Made by a program: the position numbers and the translations under genes. Shown one piece after another: positions 15,592 to 24,949 of a stretch of 64,000 bases of DNA. The stretch is from contig DATJXB010000227.1 in NCBI GenBank assembly GCA_035500755.1, forward strand, positions 2,853-66,852. Direction: 5' to 3'. This DNA comes from Thermoanaerobaculia bacterium (GTDB lineage: Bacteria; Acidobacteriota; Thermoanaerobaculia; UBA5066; Gp7-AA6). Below the pieces are notes generated by a model. The model was not told the DNA's origin, did not search any database, and saw only the letters and a list, made by a program, of their open reading frames with translations. Numbering within the stretch: the stretch's first letter is position 1; each line of letters starts with the position of its first letter.

Positions 15592-16173
15592 GTGCCCGAA
15601 GGCCCCGAAGTCGAGACGGATCGGCTGCAGGAAACGATCGGCGAAGAAAGCGAGCGCGCGAAGGAGGGGTTCCTCAAGCGCATCGCGCTGACGACCGCGA
15701 TCTTCGCCGCCCTCGCCGCGATCTCGGCGCTGCGCGCCGGCGCGACCGTGAACGAAGCGCTCATGCTGCGCACCGAGGCGGCACGCCTGCAGGCCGAGGC
15801 GTCCGACCAGTGGTCCTTCTACCAGGCCAAAGGCATCAAGGCCGCGATCGAAGAGGCCTCGCGCACGTCGTGGCTGGCCGCCGAGAAGGCGCCGCCCGCC
15901 GACTCCCTCGAGCGCAAGGAACGATACGTCGCCGAGCAGAAGGAGATCGAGGCGAAGGCGCGGGAGAAGGAGAAGGAGCGGGACGAGAAGCTCGCGGAGT
16001 CGGCCCACCTCCTCCACCGGCACCACGGCTTCGCGTACGCCGTGGCGATCCTGCAAGTCTCGATCGCGCTCGGCGCCGTCGCCGCGCTGACGCGCAGCCG
16101 GCCCGTCTGGTTCGGCTCGCTCGCCCTCGGCCTCTCCGGCGTCGCTCTCGCGAGCTGGACGCTGCTCGGCTAG
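15592..16173 (+). CDS. DUF4337 family membrane protein (193 aa)
   Basis: GTG start. ALTTAIFAALAAISALRAGATVNEALMLRTEAARLQAEASDQWSFYQAKGIKAAI matches the family pattern as I remember it (TM, N-x-A, DQW-x-[FY]YQAK). There is a K/E-rich helix and a C-terminal TM pair. Confidence 0.75.
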   Translation: MPEGPEVETDRLQETIGEESERAKEGFLKRIALTTAIFAALAAISALRAGATVNEALMLRTEAARLQAEASDQWSFYQAKGIKAAIEEASRTSWLAAEKAPPADSLERKERYVAEQKEIEAKAREKEKERDEKLAESAHLLHRHHGFAYAVAILQVSIALGAVAALTRSRPVWFGSLALGLSGVALASWTLLG

Positions 16174-16183
16174 CCCGGTCGCC

Positions 16184-17215
16184 TCAGGGGCACGTGGCGA
16201 ACGCGCCCGTGTCCTGGATGGGTTGATAGGCGGCGTTCAAAGGGTTGACGTATTCCTCGGAGACCCCGGTGTGCGTGTCGAGCACCGTCAGCGTGACCTG
16301 GACGTTGGTCAGCCCGGCCGAGAACACCCAGGAGTCGCCATTCAAGGCGCACGCCGCGAGGACCTTGACGACGAGCTCGATGTTCGTCGGGTCGAAGAAC
16401 CAGAAGTAGCCGCTGTCGGGCGTCAGCGCCACCGCCGTGGCCGGCCCCGAGGAACCGTCCGGCTTCTCCCAGGTCGCCGACAGGAGATACCGGCCGCCGG
16501 TCAGGCAGAGGTGCTGATCGTCGGTGAGGCAATCCGTCGCGCCGCCGGCGGCCACCGTGACCGAGACCGACGACGACGTCGAGCCGCCGGCGGTCGTGGC
16601 GGTGAGCGTCACGGTGTACGTCGCCGCCGTCCGGAAGGTGTGCGTCGGATTCTGGAGGGTCGACGCGTTCGCGGCGCCCGACGCGGGGTCGCCGAAATCC
16701 CACGACCACGACGTCGGCGAGCCCGTGGACGTGTCGACGAAGCGGACCGGCGAGCCGGCGACGGGTCCGGTCGGCGAGGATCGGAAGCTCGCGGCGGGCG
16801 GATTCCCGGCCGCCTGCACGACCACCACCCCCTGCATCATGTACATGTGAATGCTGCAGTAGTAGTTGAAGTTGCCGGCCGTGTCGAACGTGTGGGAATA
16901 GCTGTAGCCGGACGAATGCTGCCCCGAGTCCCAGGCGCCGTTCCACGTGCATTCGCCGCCGTAGTAGCCGCCGGCCTGGCACGTGCCCGAGGTGGTCGAG
17001 TGCGTGCTCCCGACCCAGTTCCACTGCACCGTGTCTCCCGCGTGGATCGTCGTCGTGTTGGTGCCGCTCGTCTGGTCGACGAAGCTCGTCCCGTTAGATC
17101 CGATGTTCACGACGAACGTGGCCGCCGGCGCCGAGGCGGCGGCCGAAAGGAGCGCTCCGAGCGCGGCGAACGCCGGGGCCGCCAGCCGGGCGGCGCGGAT
17201 CGGAAGTCGTTTCAT
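16184..17215 (-). CDS. Secreted cupredoxin (type-1 copper) - PKD - C-terminal domain fusion protein (343 aa)
   Basis: Signal peptide MKRLPIRAARLAAPAFAALGALLSAAASAPA. Cupredoxin ligands are H in WVGSTHSTTSG and C/H/M in YYCSIHMYMMQG. PKD motif WSWDFGD...NPTHTFRTAATYTVTLTAT. The C-terminal ~120 aa is unknown. Confidence 0.85.
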   Translation of the reverse strand: MKRLPIRAARLAAPAFAALGALLSAAASAPAATFVVNIGSNGTSFVDQTSGTNTTTIHAGDTVQWNWVGSTHSTTSGTCQAGGYYGGECTWNGAWDSGQHSSGYSYSHTFDTAGNFNYYCSIHMYMMQGVVVVQAAGNPPAASFRSSPTGPVAGSPVRFVDTSTGSPTSWSWDFGDPASGAANASTLQNPTHTFRTAATYTVTLTATTAGGSTSSSVSVTVAAGGATDCLTDDQHLCLTGGRYLLSATWEKPDGSSGPATAVALTPDSGYFWFFDPTNIELVVKVLAACALNGDSWVFSAGLTNVQVTLTVLDTHTGVSEEYVNPLNAAYQPIQDTGAFATCP

Positions 17216-17217
17216 GG

Positions 17218-17239
17218 GACCTCCTAGCGTAAGGAGGTC
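17218..17239 (-). promoter_or_regulatory. SD-sequestering hairpin in the 5' leader of the cupredoxin-PKD gene
   Basis: The minus-strand RNA reads GACCUCCU-UACGCU-AGGAGGUC-CC-AUG. This is a perfect 8-bp stem whose 3' arm is the SD itself (AGGAGG at 17225-17220), 4 nt before ATG 17215. Confidence 0.5.
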
Positions 17240-17317
17240 GCGCCGCCCGGAACGCGTTTAATCGAGCCCTAACGTTGCCGGGCTGGCGGCGGGCGGCGAG
17301 CGCCGTTTTGCGCTCGT

Positions 17318-17677
17318 TCAGGTCCCGAGTGACGGGACGGCCTCGGCAAAAACGTCGGGCCGTCCGAACCAGCCGACGTTGCCGAGGATGACGAGCGGGC
17401 CGATCACGGCGCCGGCCACGACGAGCAGCGGGAGGACGCCCCAGTGACCCAGGCCCCGGTCCCCGGCCCGCCACCAGACGTGGATGGATCCGATCCAGGC
17501 GGCGAGCACGAGACAGATCGCGCCGATCGTCCAGGGCGCCGTCGGCGTGTCTTTCGGCAGGCCGCGCTCGAAGAAGTCGGCCGCGGCGGTCAGGACGGCG
17601 AGGGCTCCGATCGCGAAGCCGACGAGGATTCGCCGTCCGACGATCCCGTTCGGCCGATGCGCTGCGACCACGCTCAT
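17318..17677 (-). CDS. Small integral membrane protein, unknown function (119 aa)
   Basis: Three to four hydrophobic helices: ILVGFAIGALAVLTAAA, WTIGAICLVLAAWIGSI, VLPLLVVAGAVIGPLVIL. Confidence 0.6.
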   Translation of the reverse strand: MSVVAAHRPNGIVGRRILVGFAIGALAVLTAAADFFERGLPKDTPTAPWTIGAICLVLAAWIGSIHVWWRAGDRGLGHWGVLPLLVVAGAVIGPLVILGNVGWFGRPDVFAEAVPSLGT

Positions 17678-17756
17678 GGCGTCACCTCATTGTCGGCGGG
17701 GCCGATGAAGCCGGGAGTATCCGGCCGGGCGGCTGAGGTTTCCGTGAAGCTGGCGT

Positions 17757-18128
17757 TCAATCGGCGGCGGGAAAAGCCGGCGCCGTGGCCGGAGCGCGCG
17801 CCGCCGTGGTCCGCCCCTGGCGGCCGAAGGACAGCGAGGCCGGATCGAACGGCGCGCCGCACCGGGCGCACGCCGAGGGACGCGGCCGGTTCCCGGTGAC
17901 CAGCGTCATCGTGAAGCAGCTGCGGCAGGGAATCTGGACGTGCTTCGCGGAAAACTCCAGACGCGTCAGCGAGACCGCGTCGTAGCGGTAGCGCAGGGTG
18001 TGGCCGCGCAGACAGGTCGAGGCGCCGAGCGAAAAACCGGCGTCGCGGTCCGTCGGCATCTCGACGTAGATCCGGTCGCCGCACGCCGGACAGCTCAGGG
18101 GCCAGGAGACGGGGCGTCGCTGGGACAT
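17757..18128 (-). CDS. Cys-rich zinc-finger protein, unknown function (123 aa)
   Basis: ATG 18128 lies inside track ORF 17757..18482. MSQRRPVSWPLSCPACGDRIYVEM...STCLRGH...IPCRSCFTM...CARCGAPF contains three CxxC pairs. Confidence 0.55.
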   Translation of the reverse strand: MSQRRPVSWPLSCPACGDRIYVEMPTDRDAGFSLGASTCLRGHTLRYRYDAVSLTRLEFSAKHVQIPCRSCFTMTLVTGNRPRPSACARCGAPFDPASLSFGRQGRTTAARAPATAPAFPAAD

Positions 18129-18153
18129 GGCGCGAACCCTCCGGTTCGCGAGA

Positions 18154-18594
18154 CTAGAGCGGCGGCTCGGAGACGGCGTGAACCCCGGTCGAAGACGGCG
18201 TGAGCGTTTCGGGCTCGAGGCGGGTCGTGTCGACGGTCGGGGCGTCGCGGCAGGGGAAGGCGCTCGAAAGGGCGCGGGTCGCGGTGCCGATCGCGGGAGC
18301 GTCGGGATCCGCGCGCCGGAGGGCGGCGACGACGATCTGCTCGAGGAAGTCCGTCTCGACCGGCGGCGGGCAGATCGCCTTGCCTTCGTAGAGAAAGTCG
18401 AACGTCGCCGTGACGAATCCGTGGCAGAACGACGGGTCGTCGCCCAGGCAGTTGCCGAGGACGGTCCGCACGGATCCCACATGGGCCAGCAGGCCCGGTG
18501 GCGGCGGCCCGCCGGTGGCGCACCCCAGGCCGGCGAGGACGAGGGCCGCGAGCGGCAGGCCGAGCCCCGCGCGCCGGCAGACCGGGACGTTCAT
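18154..18594 (-). CDS. Lipoprotein, unknown function (146 aa)
   Basis: MNVPVCRRAGLGLPLAALVLAGLGC is a signal peptide plus lipobox. The mature part has several Cys residues. Confidence 0.65.
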   Translation of the reverse strand: MNVPVCRRAGLGLPLAALVLAGLGCATGGPPPPGLLAHVGSVRTVLGNCLGDDPSFCHGFVTATFDFLYEGKAICPPPVETDFLEQIVVAALRRADPDAPAIGTATRALSSAFPCRDAPTVDTTRLEPETLTPSSTGVHAVSEPPL

Positions 18595-18712
18595 TCAGCT
18601 GCTTTCAGTACCACACTCGCGCGGAGGGGGTTAGGATGCCGGCCTGATTCGCTTTCGTTGGATGTGCCTCGCCCCCGGCCCGGACTAGAGTGAATTCCTC
18701 AGGAGCGCCCCC

Positions 18713-20968
18713 ATGAACGTCTTCGAGCAGGAAGTCGCCGACACCCAGAAATGGTTCGAGAGCCCGCGGTTCGCGGAGACGACGCGCCTGTATTCGGCGC
18801 GGCAGGTCGTCGAGCAGCGGGGGACGATCGCCCACGACTACACGGTGGCGCGCGAAGCCGCCGCCGGGTTCTACGCCCGCCTGCGCGAGCTCTTCGCCGA
18901 GAGGAAATGCGTCACGACGTTCGGGCCGTACTCGCCGGGACAGGCGGTCGTCATCAAGCGGCTCGGGATCGAGGCGATCTACCTCGGCGGCTGGGCGACG
19001 TCGGCGCGCGGCTCCATGACCGAGGATCCGGGGCCGGATCTGGCGAGCTACCCGCTGTCGCAGGTGCCGGACGAGGCCGCGGTGCTCGTGCGCGCGCTGC
19101 TGACCGCGGACCGCAATCAGCAGTACCTGCGGCTGCGCATGACGGAGAAGCAGCGGGCGTCGACGCCCGCCGCGGACTTCCGGCCATTCATCATCGCCGA
19201 CGCGGACACCGGCCACGGCGGCGACCCGCACGTGCGCAACCTCGTCCGCCGCTTCGTCGAAGCGGGCGTTCCGGGGTACCACATCGAGGACCAGCGGCCC
19301 GGCACCAAGAAGTGCGGCCACCAGGGCGGCAAGGTTCTCGTGCCCGAGGACGAGCAGATCAAGCGTCTGAACGCCGCGCGCTTCCAGCTCGACGTCATGA
19401 AGGTGCCGGGGATCCTCGTCGCCCGGACCGACGCCGAGGCCGCCAACCTGATCGACGGACGCGGCGACGAGCGCGACCAGCCGTTCATCCTCGGCGCCAC
19501 CAACGTCAGCCTGCCGTCGTACAAGGCCGCGTACCTGGCGATCCTGAAGCGCTTCTACGACCTGGGCGTCCGCGAGCTCAACGGACACCTTCTCTACGCG
19601 CTGAGCGACGAGGAATACAGGGCCGCCGACGCGTGGCTCGAACGGCGCGGCCTCGCGCAGGCCGCGGCCGAGAACACGGCCGCGTGGCGGGAGAAGAAGG
19701 TGAGCGTCGACGCCGCGTTCGACGGCGTCGCCGGGCGTTTCCTCGAAGCGTGGGAAGAGGAGGCGGGCCTCGAGACGTACGGCGAAGCGGTCGCCGAGGT
19801 GCTGGAGTTCCGCGCCGGCGAGGGCGAGCCGCTCGAGATGAGCGCCGCGCAGTGGCGGCGGTTCGCCGAGCGCGCGTCGCTGTGGGCGGCCAAGGAGAAA
19901 GCGCGGTCGCTCGGGATCCAGATCATCTGGGACTGCGAGCACGCCAAGACGCCCGAGGGCTATTACCAGATCCGCGGCGGCATCCCGTACGCGATCGCCA
20001 AGTCGCTCGGCGCGGCGCCCTTCGCCGACCTCCTCTGGATGGAGACGAAGACCGCGGACCTCGCCGACGCGAAGCAGTACGCCGACGCGATCCACGCCGT
20101 GTTTCCCGACAAGATGCTCGCGTACAACCTGTCGCCGTCCTTCAACTGGGACACGACGGGCATGACCGACGAGCAGATGCGGCGCTTTCCGGAAGAGCTC
20201 GGCAAGATGGGGTTCGTCTTCAACTTCATCACCTACGGCGGCCACCAGATCGACGGCGTCGCCGCCGAGGAATTCGCGAGCGCGCTGAAGCAGGAGGGCA
20301 TGCTCGCGCTCGCCCGGCTGCAGCGCAAGATCCGTCTCGTCGAGTCGCCTTACAAGACGCCGCAGACGCTCGTCGGCGGTCCGCGCGTGGACGCGGCGCT
20401 GCTGGCGTCGTCGGGGCGCACGGCCACGACGCAGGCGATGGGCAAGGGCTCGACCCAGCACCAGCATCTCGTCCAGACCGAGGTGCCGAAGAAGCTGCTC
20501 GAGGAGTGGCTCGCGATGTGGAGCGAGCACTACGAGCTCCCGCAGAAGCTCGCGGTCAAGCTGCTGCCGCAGCGGTCGGGGTCGGAGCTGCTCGAGTTGA
20601 CGATCGGCAGCGACGGCCACGACCGGCTCGCCAACGTCGTCTTCGCGCCGATCCAGGACCGCCGCGGGCGGAACATCCTCTCGGTGCGCGACCAGAACAC
20701 CTTCGAGGAAGCGCTCCGCAAGAAGCGCCTGATGTCGCTGGTCCACCTCTGGCTCGTGCACCGCTACAAGAGCCACACGGTGCACTACGTCACGCCGACC
20801 GACGACAACCTCTACCAGACGGCCAAGATGAAGTCGCACGGCCTCTTCGCGACGGTTCAGACGGAGGTCGGGCAGATCATCGTGGCGGAGGTCAACCCCC
20901 CGCGCGTCGAGGAGCTCCTGGCGCCGGATCGGGTGGCTCTCTGGAGGCTGATCCGCAAGGAGGGCTAG
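18713..20968 (+). CDS. aceA: Isocitrate lyase, long form (ICL2-like, 751 aa)
   Basis: The ICL signature [12 protein letters not shown] is present. The N-terminus [24 protein letters not shown] is typical of ICL. The length and an internal insertion resemble the ~760-aa mycobacterial ICL2 and eukaryote-like ICLs. Confidence 0.93.
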   Translation: MNVFEQEVADTQKWFESPRFAETTRLYSARQVVEQRGTIAHDYTVAREAAAGFYARLRELFAERKCVTTFGPYSPGQAVVIKRLGIEAIYLGGWATSARGSMTEDPGPDLASYPLSQVPDEAAVLVRALLTADRNQQYLRLRMTEKQRASTPAADFRPFIIADADTGHGGDPHVRNLVRRFVEAGVPGYHIEDQRPGTKKCGHQGGKVLVPEDEQIKRLNAARFQLDVMKVPGILVARTDAEAANLIDGRGDERDQPFILGATNVSLPSYKAAYLAILKRFYDLGVRELNGHLLYALSDEEYRAADAWLERRGLAQAAAENTAAWREKKVSVDAAFDGVAGRFLEAWEEEAGLETYGEAVAEVLEFRAGEGEPLEMSAAQWRRFAERASLWAAKEKARSLGIQIIWDCEHAKTPEGYYQIRGGIPYAIAKSLGAAPFADLLWMETKTADLADAKQYADAIHAVFPDKMLAYNLSPSFNWDTTGMTDEQMRRFPEELGKMGFVFNFITYGGHQIDGVAAEEFASALKQEGMLALARLQRKIRLVESPYKTPQTLVGGPRVDAALLASSGRTATTQAMGKGSTQHQHLVQTEVPKKLLEEWLAMWSEHYELPQKLAVKLLPQRSGSELLELTIGSDGHDRLANVVFAPIQDRRGRNILSVRDQNTFEEALRKKRLMSLVHLWLVHRYKSHTVHYVTPTDDNLYQTAKMKSHGLFATVQTEVGQIIVAEVNPPRVEELLAPDRVALWRLIRKEG

Positions 20969-21009
20969 GCCGGGGTAGAATTTCGCGTTCCCCACGGGAG
21001 ACGCAAGCC

Positions 21010-21885
21010 ATGTCGCTCCTGGTCAAGTTCAACCTGATCCTGGTTCTCTGCTTCGGGATCGCCCTGGTCCCGGCGCACCTGATCACGCGGGAGCTCCTGC
21101 AGCGGCAGGCTCGGACGCAGGTCGCGCAGCACGCGCGCCTGATGATGCAGACGGCGCTGGCGACCCGCGGCTACACGAACAAACAGATCAAGCCGCTGCT
21201 GGCCGACCGCCTGGCCGAGGAGTTCCTGCCGCAGACGGTTCCGGCCTACGCGGCGACCGAGATCTTCAACACGCTCCGCGAGACGCACCCCGAGTACACG
21301 TACAAGGAAGCGACGTTGAACCCGACCAACCCGCGCGACCGGACGGTCGACTGGGAGGCGGACGTCGTCAACTCGTTTCGCGCCGACCCGAAGCTTCCCG
21401 AGATCGTCGGCGAGCGGGATGCGCCGCTCGGCCGGGCGCTCTACCTCGCGCGCCCGATCGCGATCACGGATCCCGGGTGTCTCTCGTGCCACACGACGCC
21501 CGACGCCACGCCGGCCTCCGTCGTCCGCCGCTACGGCTCTTCCGGCGGCTATGGCTGGAAGATGCACGAGATCATCGGCGCGCAGATCGTGTCGGTGCCG
21601 CTCGCGGTCCCGCTGAAGATGGCCTCGCAGGCGCACGAGGCGATGCTCGTGTCGCTCGTCGGCGTGTTTCTCTTTCTGCTCGTGCTCCTGAACGTCCTGC
21701 TCTGGTTTTCGATCATCCGGCCGATCCGGCGGCTCTCGCACATGGCCGACCAGGTGTCGACGGGCAACCTCGACGTCCCCGAGGTGCACCTGCACAGTCA
21801 CGACGAAGTGGGCCGGCTCGCCGGCTCGTTCAACCGGATGCGCATCAGCCTCGTCAAGGCCCTCAAGATGCTCGAGGACGAGTAG
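21010..21885 (+). CDS. Membrane sensor: periplasmic DUF3365 (Tll0287-like, c-type haem CxxCH) + HAMP, no output domain (291 aa)
   Basis: ATG 21010 lies in the tail of track ORF 18751..21885. TM1 LILVLCFGIALVPAHLI. Periplasmic domain with CLSCH. TM2 LVSLVGVFLFLLVLLNVLLWFSII. HAMP RPIRRLSHMADQVSTGNLDVPEV...DEVGRLAGSFNRMRISL. The protein ends 10 residues after the HAMP domain. Confidence 0.8.
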   Translation: MSLLVKFNLILVLCFGIALVPAHLITRELLQRQARTQVAQHARLMMQTALATRGYTNKQIKPLLADRLAEEFLPQTVPAYAATEIFNTLRETHPEYTYKEATLNPTNPRDRTVDWEADVVNSFRADPKLPEIVGERDAPLGRALYLARPIAITDPGCLSCHTTPDATPASVVRRYGSSGGYGWKMHEIIGAQIVSVPLAVPLKMASQAHEAMLVSLVGVFLFLLVLLNVLLWFSIIRPIRRLSHMADQVSTGNLDVPEVHLHSHDEVGRLAGSFNRMRISLVKALKMLEDE

Positions 21886-21909
21886 CGGCGTGACGGAGGC
21901 CGCGCCCGC

Positions 21910-23157
<1,248 letters not shown>

Positions 23158-23167
23158 CGGGCGCGCC

Positions 23168-23623
23168 TCAGTCGAGCGAGCGCAGGTAGAGCGCGATCGA
23201 GTCGGCGTCCTCCGCGGTCATGCGGAAGGGCGGCATCGGCAGGTCCGGGGCGTTGCCGTCGCGGGCGATGCCGGTGCGCAGCAGGCGGACGATCGCTTCC
23301 GGATCGGACAGGGCGAGCTCGCGCAGGTTCGGCGTCGTCAGCGCAAACCGGGCCGTCGGGTAAGGAGACAGGAGCGGCAGGGGGGCGCCGCGGAACTCCT
23401 GACTCGGGATGATCCGTCCGTCCTGCTCCCGCGGCGAGTGGCACTGGACACACATCGCGACGTCGTGGGTCAGGTAGCGCCCGCGCTCGATCGAGACGCC
23501 GGGACGGGGCGTCGTCGGGCCGGCCGGAGGAGCCGGGTCCCTCGAGCCGGTCAGCAGGACGAGGGCGGCGACGGCGGCAATTCCGAGTGCGGCTCGCGGC
23601 GCGGCGGCGCGGGCAGGTTCCAC
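23168..23623 (-). CDS. Class I c-type cytochrome, membrane-anchored or secreted (151 aa from GTG 23623; the track start 23704 overlaps the ECF sigma gene)
   Basis: Haem motif CVQCH plus a distal MPPF Met. N-terminal hydrophobic AALGIAAVAALVLL. The start codon is uncertain. Confidence 0.75.
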   Translation of the reverse strand: MEPARAAAPRAALGIAAVAALVLLTGSRDPAPPAGPTTPRPGVSIERGRYLTHDVAMCVQCHSPREQDGRIIPSQEFRGAPLPLLSPYPTARFALTTPNLRELALSDPEAIVRLLRTGIARDGNAPDLPMPPFRMTAEDADSIALYLRSLD

Positions 23624-23696
23624 GTCTCTTCGTCGAAGCAGGATTCGTGCCGGTGCCCGTGATTTCCGGGGAGGCCGGGCGAACCACCCCGTTGAG

Positions 23697-24242
23697 ATGC
23701 CCATGACGCCCGCCGTCCCGGAAGCCCCGCCCGCGCCCGGCCAGAGCCCGTCGGAGCGGTTCGTGACGCTGCTCGAAGCGCATCGCGGGATCCTGCGGCG
23801 GATCGCCGCGGCCTATTGCCGCGACCCGGAGGATCGAAAGGACCTCGTGCAGGAGATGACCGCCCAGCTCTGGCGGTCGTTCCCGCGCTTCGACGAGGGG
23901 CAGCGGTTTTCCACCTGGATGTACCGCGTGGGCTTGAACGTCGCGATCTCGTCCGTGCGGCGAGCGGCGGTTCGCTCCCGGCACGCCGCCCCCGGCGATC
24001 CGGAGGTTCTCGTCGCCGCCGCGGCGGCGACGGACGCGGCGCCCGGCGACCGGGACCTCCTCCTGCTCGAGCGGTTTCTCTCGAGGCTCGACGCCTTCGA
24101 CCGGGCGCTGCTCCTTTTGTATCTGGACGGGCACGCGCACGCGGCGATCGCCGAAGTTCTCGGCATCTCGGAATCGAACGTCGGCACACGGCTCGGCCGC
24201 CTCAAGCAGCGGCTGCGCCGGGAGCTCGACGACAACGCCTGA
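23697..24242 (+). CDS. ECF-type RNA polymerase sigma factor (181 aa)
   Basis: Region 2: DLVQEMTAQLWRSFPRFDEGQRFSTWMYRVGLNVAIS. Region 4: LLLLYLDGHAHAAIAEVLGISESNVGTRLGRLKQRL. Confidence 0.88.
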   Translation: MPMTPAVPEAPPAPGQSPSERFVTLLEAHRGILRRIAAAYCRDPEDRKDLVQEMTAQLWRSFPRFDEGQRFSTWMYRVGLNVAISSVRRAAVRSRHAAPGDPEVLVAAAAATDAAPGDRDLLLLERFLSRLDAFDRALLLLYLDGHAHAAIAEVLGISESNVGTRLGRLKQRLRRELDDNA

Positions 24243-24253
24243 CGGGCGAAAGG

Positions 24254-24940
24254 ATGGCGACCATGGACCTCGACGAACTGCGGACGCGCTGGCAGGAGCA
24301 CGATCGGAAGCTCGACGCGTTGCTGCGCTGGAATGCGCTCGCCGTCCGGAGCGCGGCGGCCGGCCGCGCGGAAGCGGCGGCGCGCTGGGCGGGCCGGGGC
24401 CTCGTGTTCGAGCTCGTCCTCGCGCTCGTGCCGATTCTCTGGCTCGGCTCCTTCGCGGCCGATCATGTCCGGGCGCCGCGGTTCTTCGTTCCCGCCGTGG
24501 CGCTCGACGTCTTCGCGATCGCGACCGTCGTGGCGCTCGCGCGGCAGCGGGCCGCGCTCTCGGCGCTGGACTGGTCGGGGCCGGTCGTGGACATCCAGAA
24601 GCAACTCGCCGCCGTGCGCCTCGGCCGCGCTCGCCTGACGCTCTGGACGCTGGCCCTTTCACCGCTTCTCTGGCCGCCGCTCCTGATCGTGGCGCTCGAG
24701 GGGTTTCTCGGCGTCGACGCGTGGGCGGCTTTCGGCGCGCCCTGCATCGCCGCGAACTTCCTCTTCGGCGCGGCCGTTCTCGGCGCCGCGGTCTGGGTCG
24801 CTCGCCGCTTCGCCGGCGCCCTCGAAGGGCCGGGGTTCGGGCGCCGCGTGCTCGCGGTTCTGGGCGGCGGAAGCCTGGCCGCTTCCGAGGCGGCGCTCGA
24901 AGCCGTCGAGCGCTACGCCCGCGGCGAGGATTCGCGTTAG
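24254..24940 (+). CDS. Polytopic membrane protein following the ECF sigma gene (possible anti-sigma, no ZAS motif; 228 aa)
   Basis: ATG 24254 lies 12 nt after the sigma stop. Cytoplasmic helix MATMDLDELRTRWQEHDRKLDALL, then about 5 hydrophobic helices. The function is inferred from position only. Confidence 0.6.
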   Translation: MATMDLDELRTRWQEHDRKLDALLRWNALAVRSAAAGRAEAAARWAGRGLVFELVLALVPILWLGSFAADHVRAPRFFVPAVALDVFAIATVVALARQRAALSALDWSGPVVDIQKQLAAVRLGRARLTLWTLALSPLLWPPLLIVALEGFLGVDAWAAFGAPCIAANFLFGAAVLGAAVWVARRFAGALEGPGFGRRVLAVLGGGSLAASEAALEAVERYARGEDSR

Positions 24941-24949
24941 GTTTGTCCG

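Noticed and set aside
17265-17280. Minus-strand cGGCAAcgttaGGGCt as a sigma-54 promoter for the cupredoxin-PKD gene.
   Set aside because: The GG-N10-GC spacing is right, but only about 7 of 12 consensus positions match (no TGGCAC, no TTGC). I kept it only as a remark inside the hairpin finding. It needs PWM scoring before it is believed.
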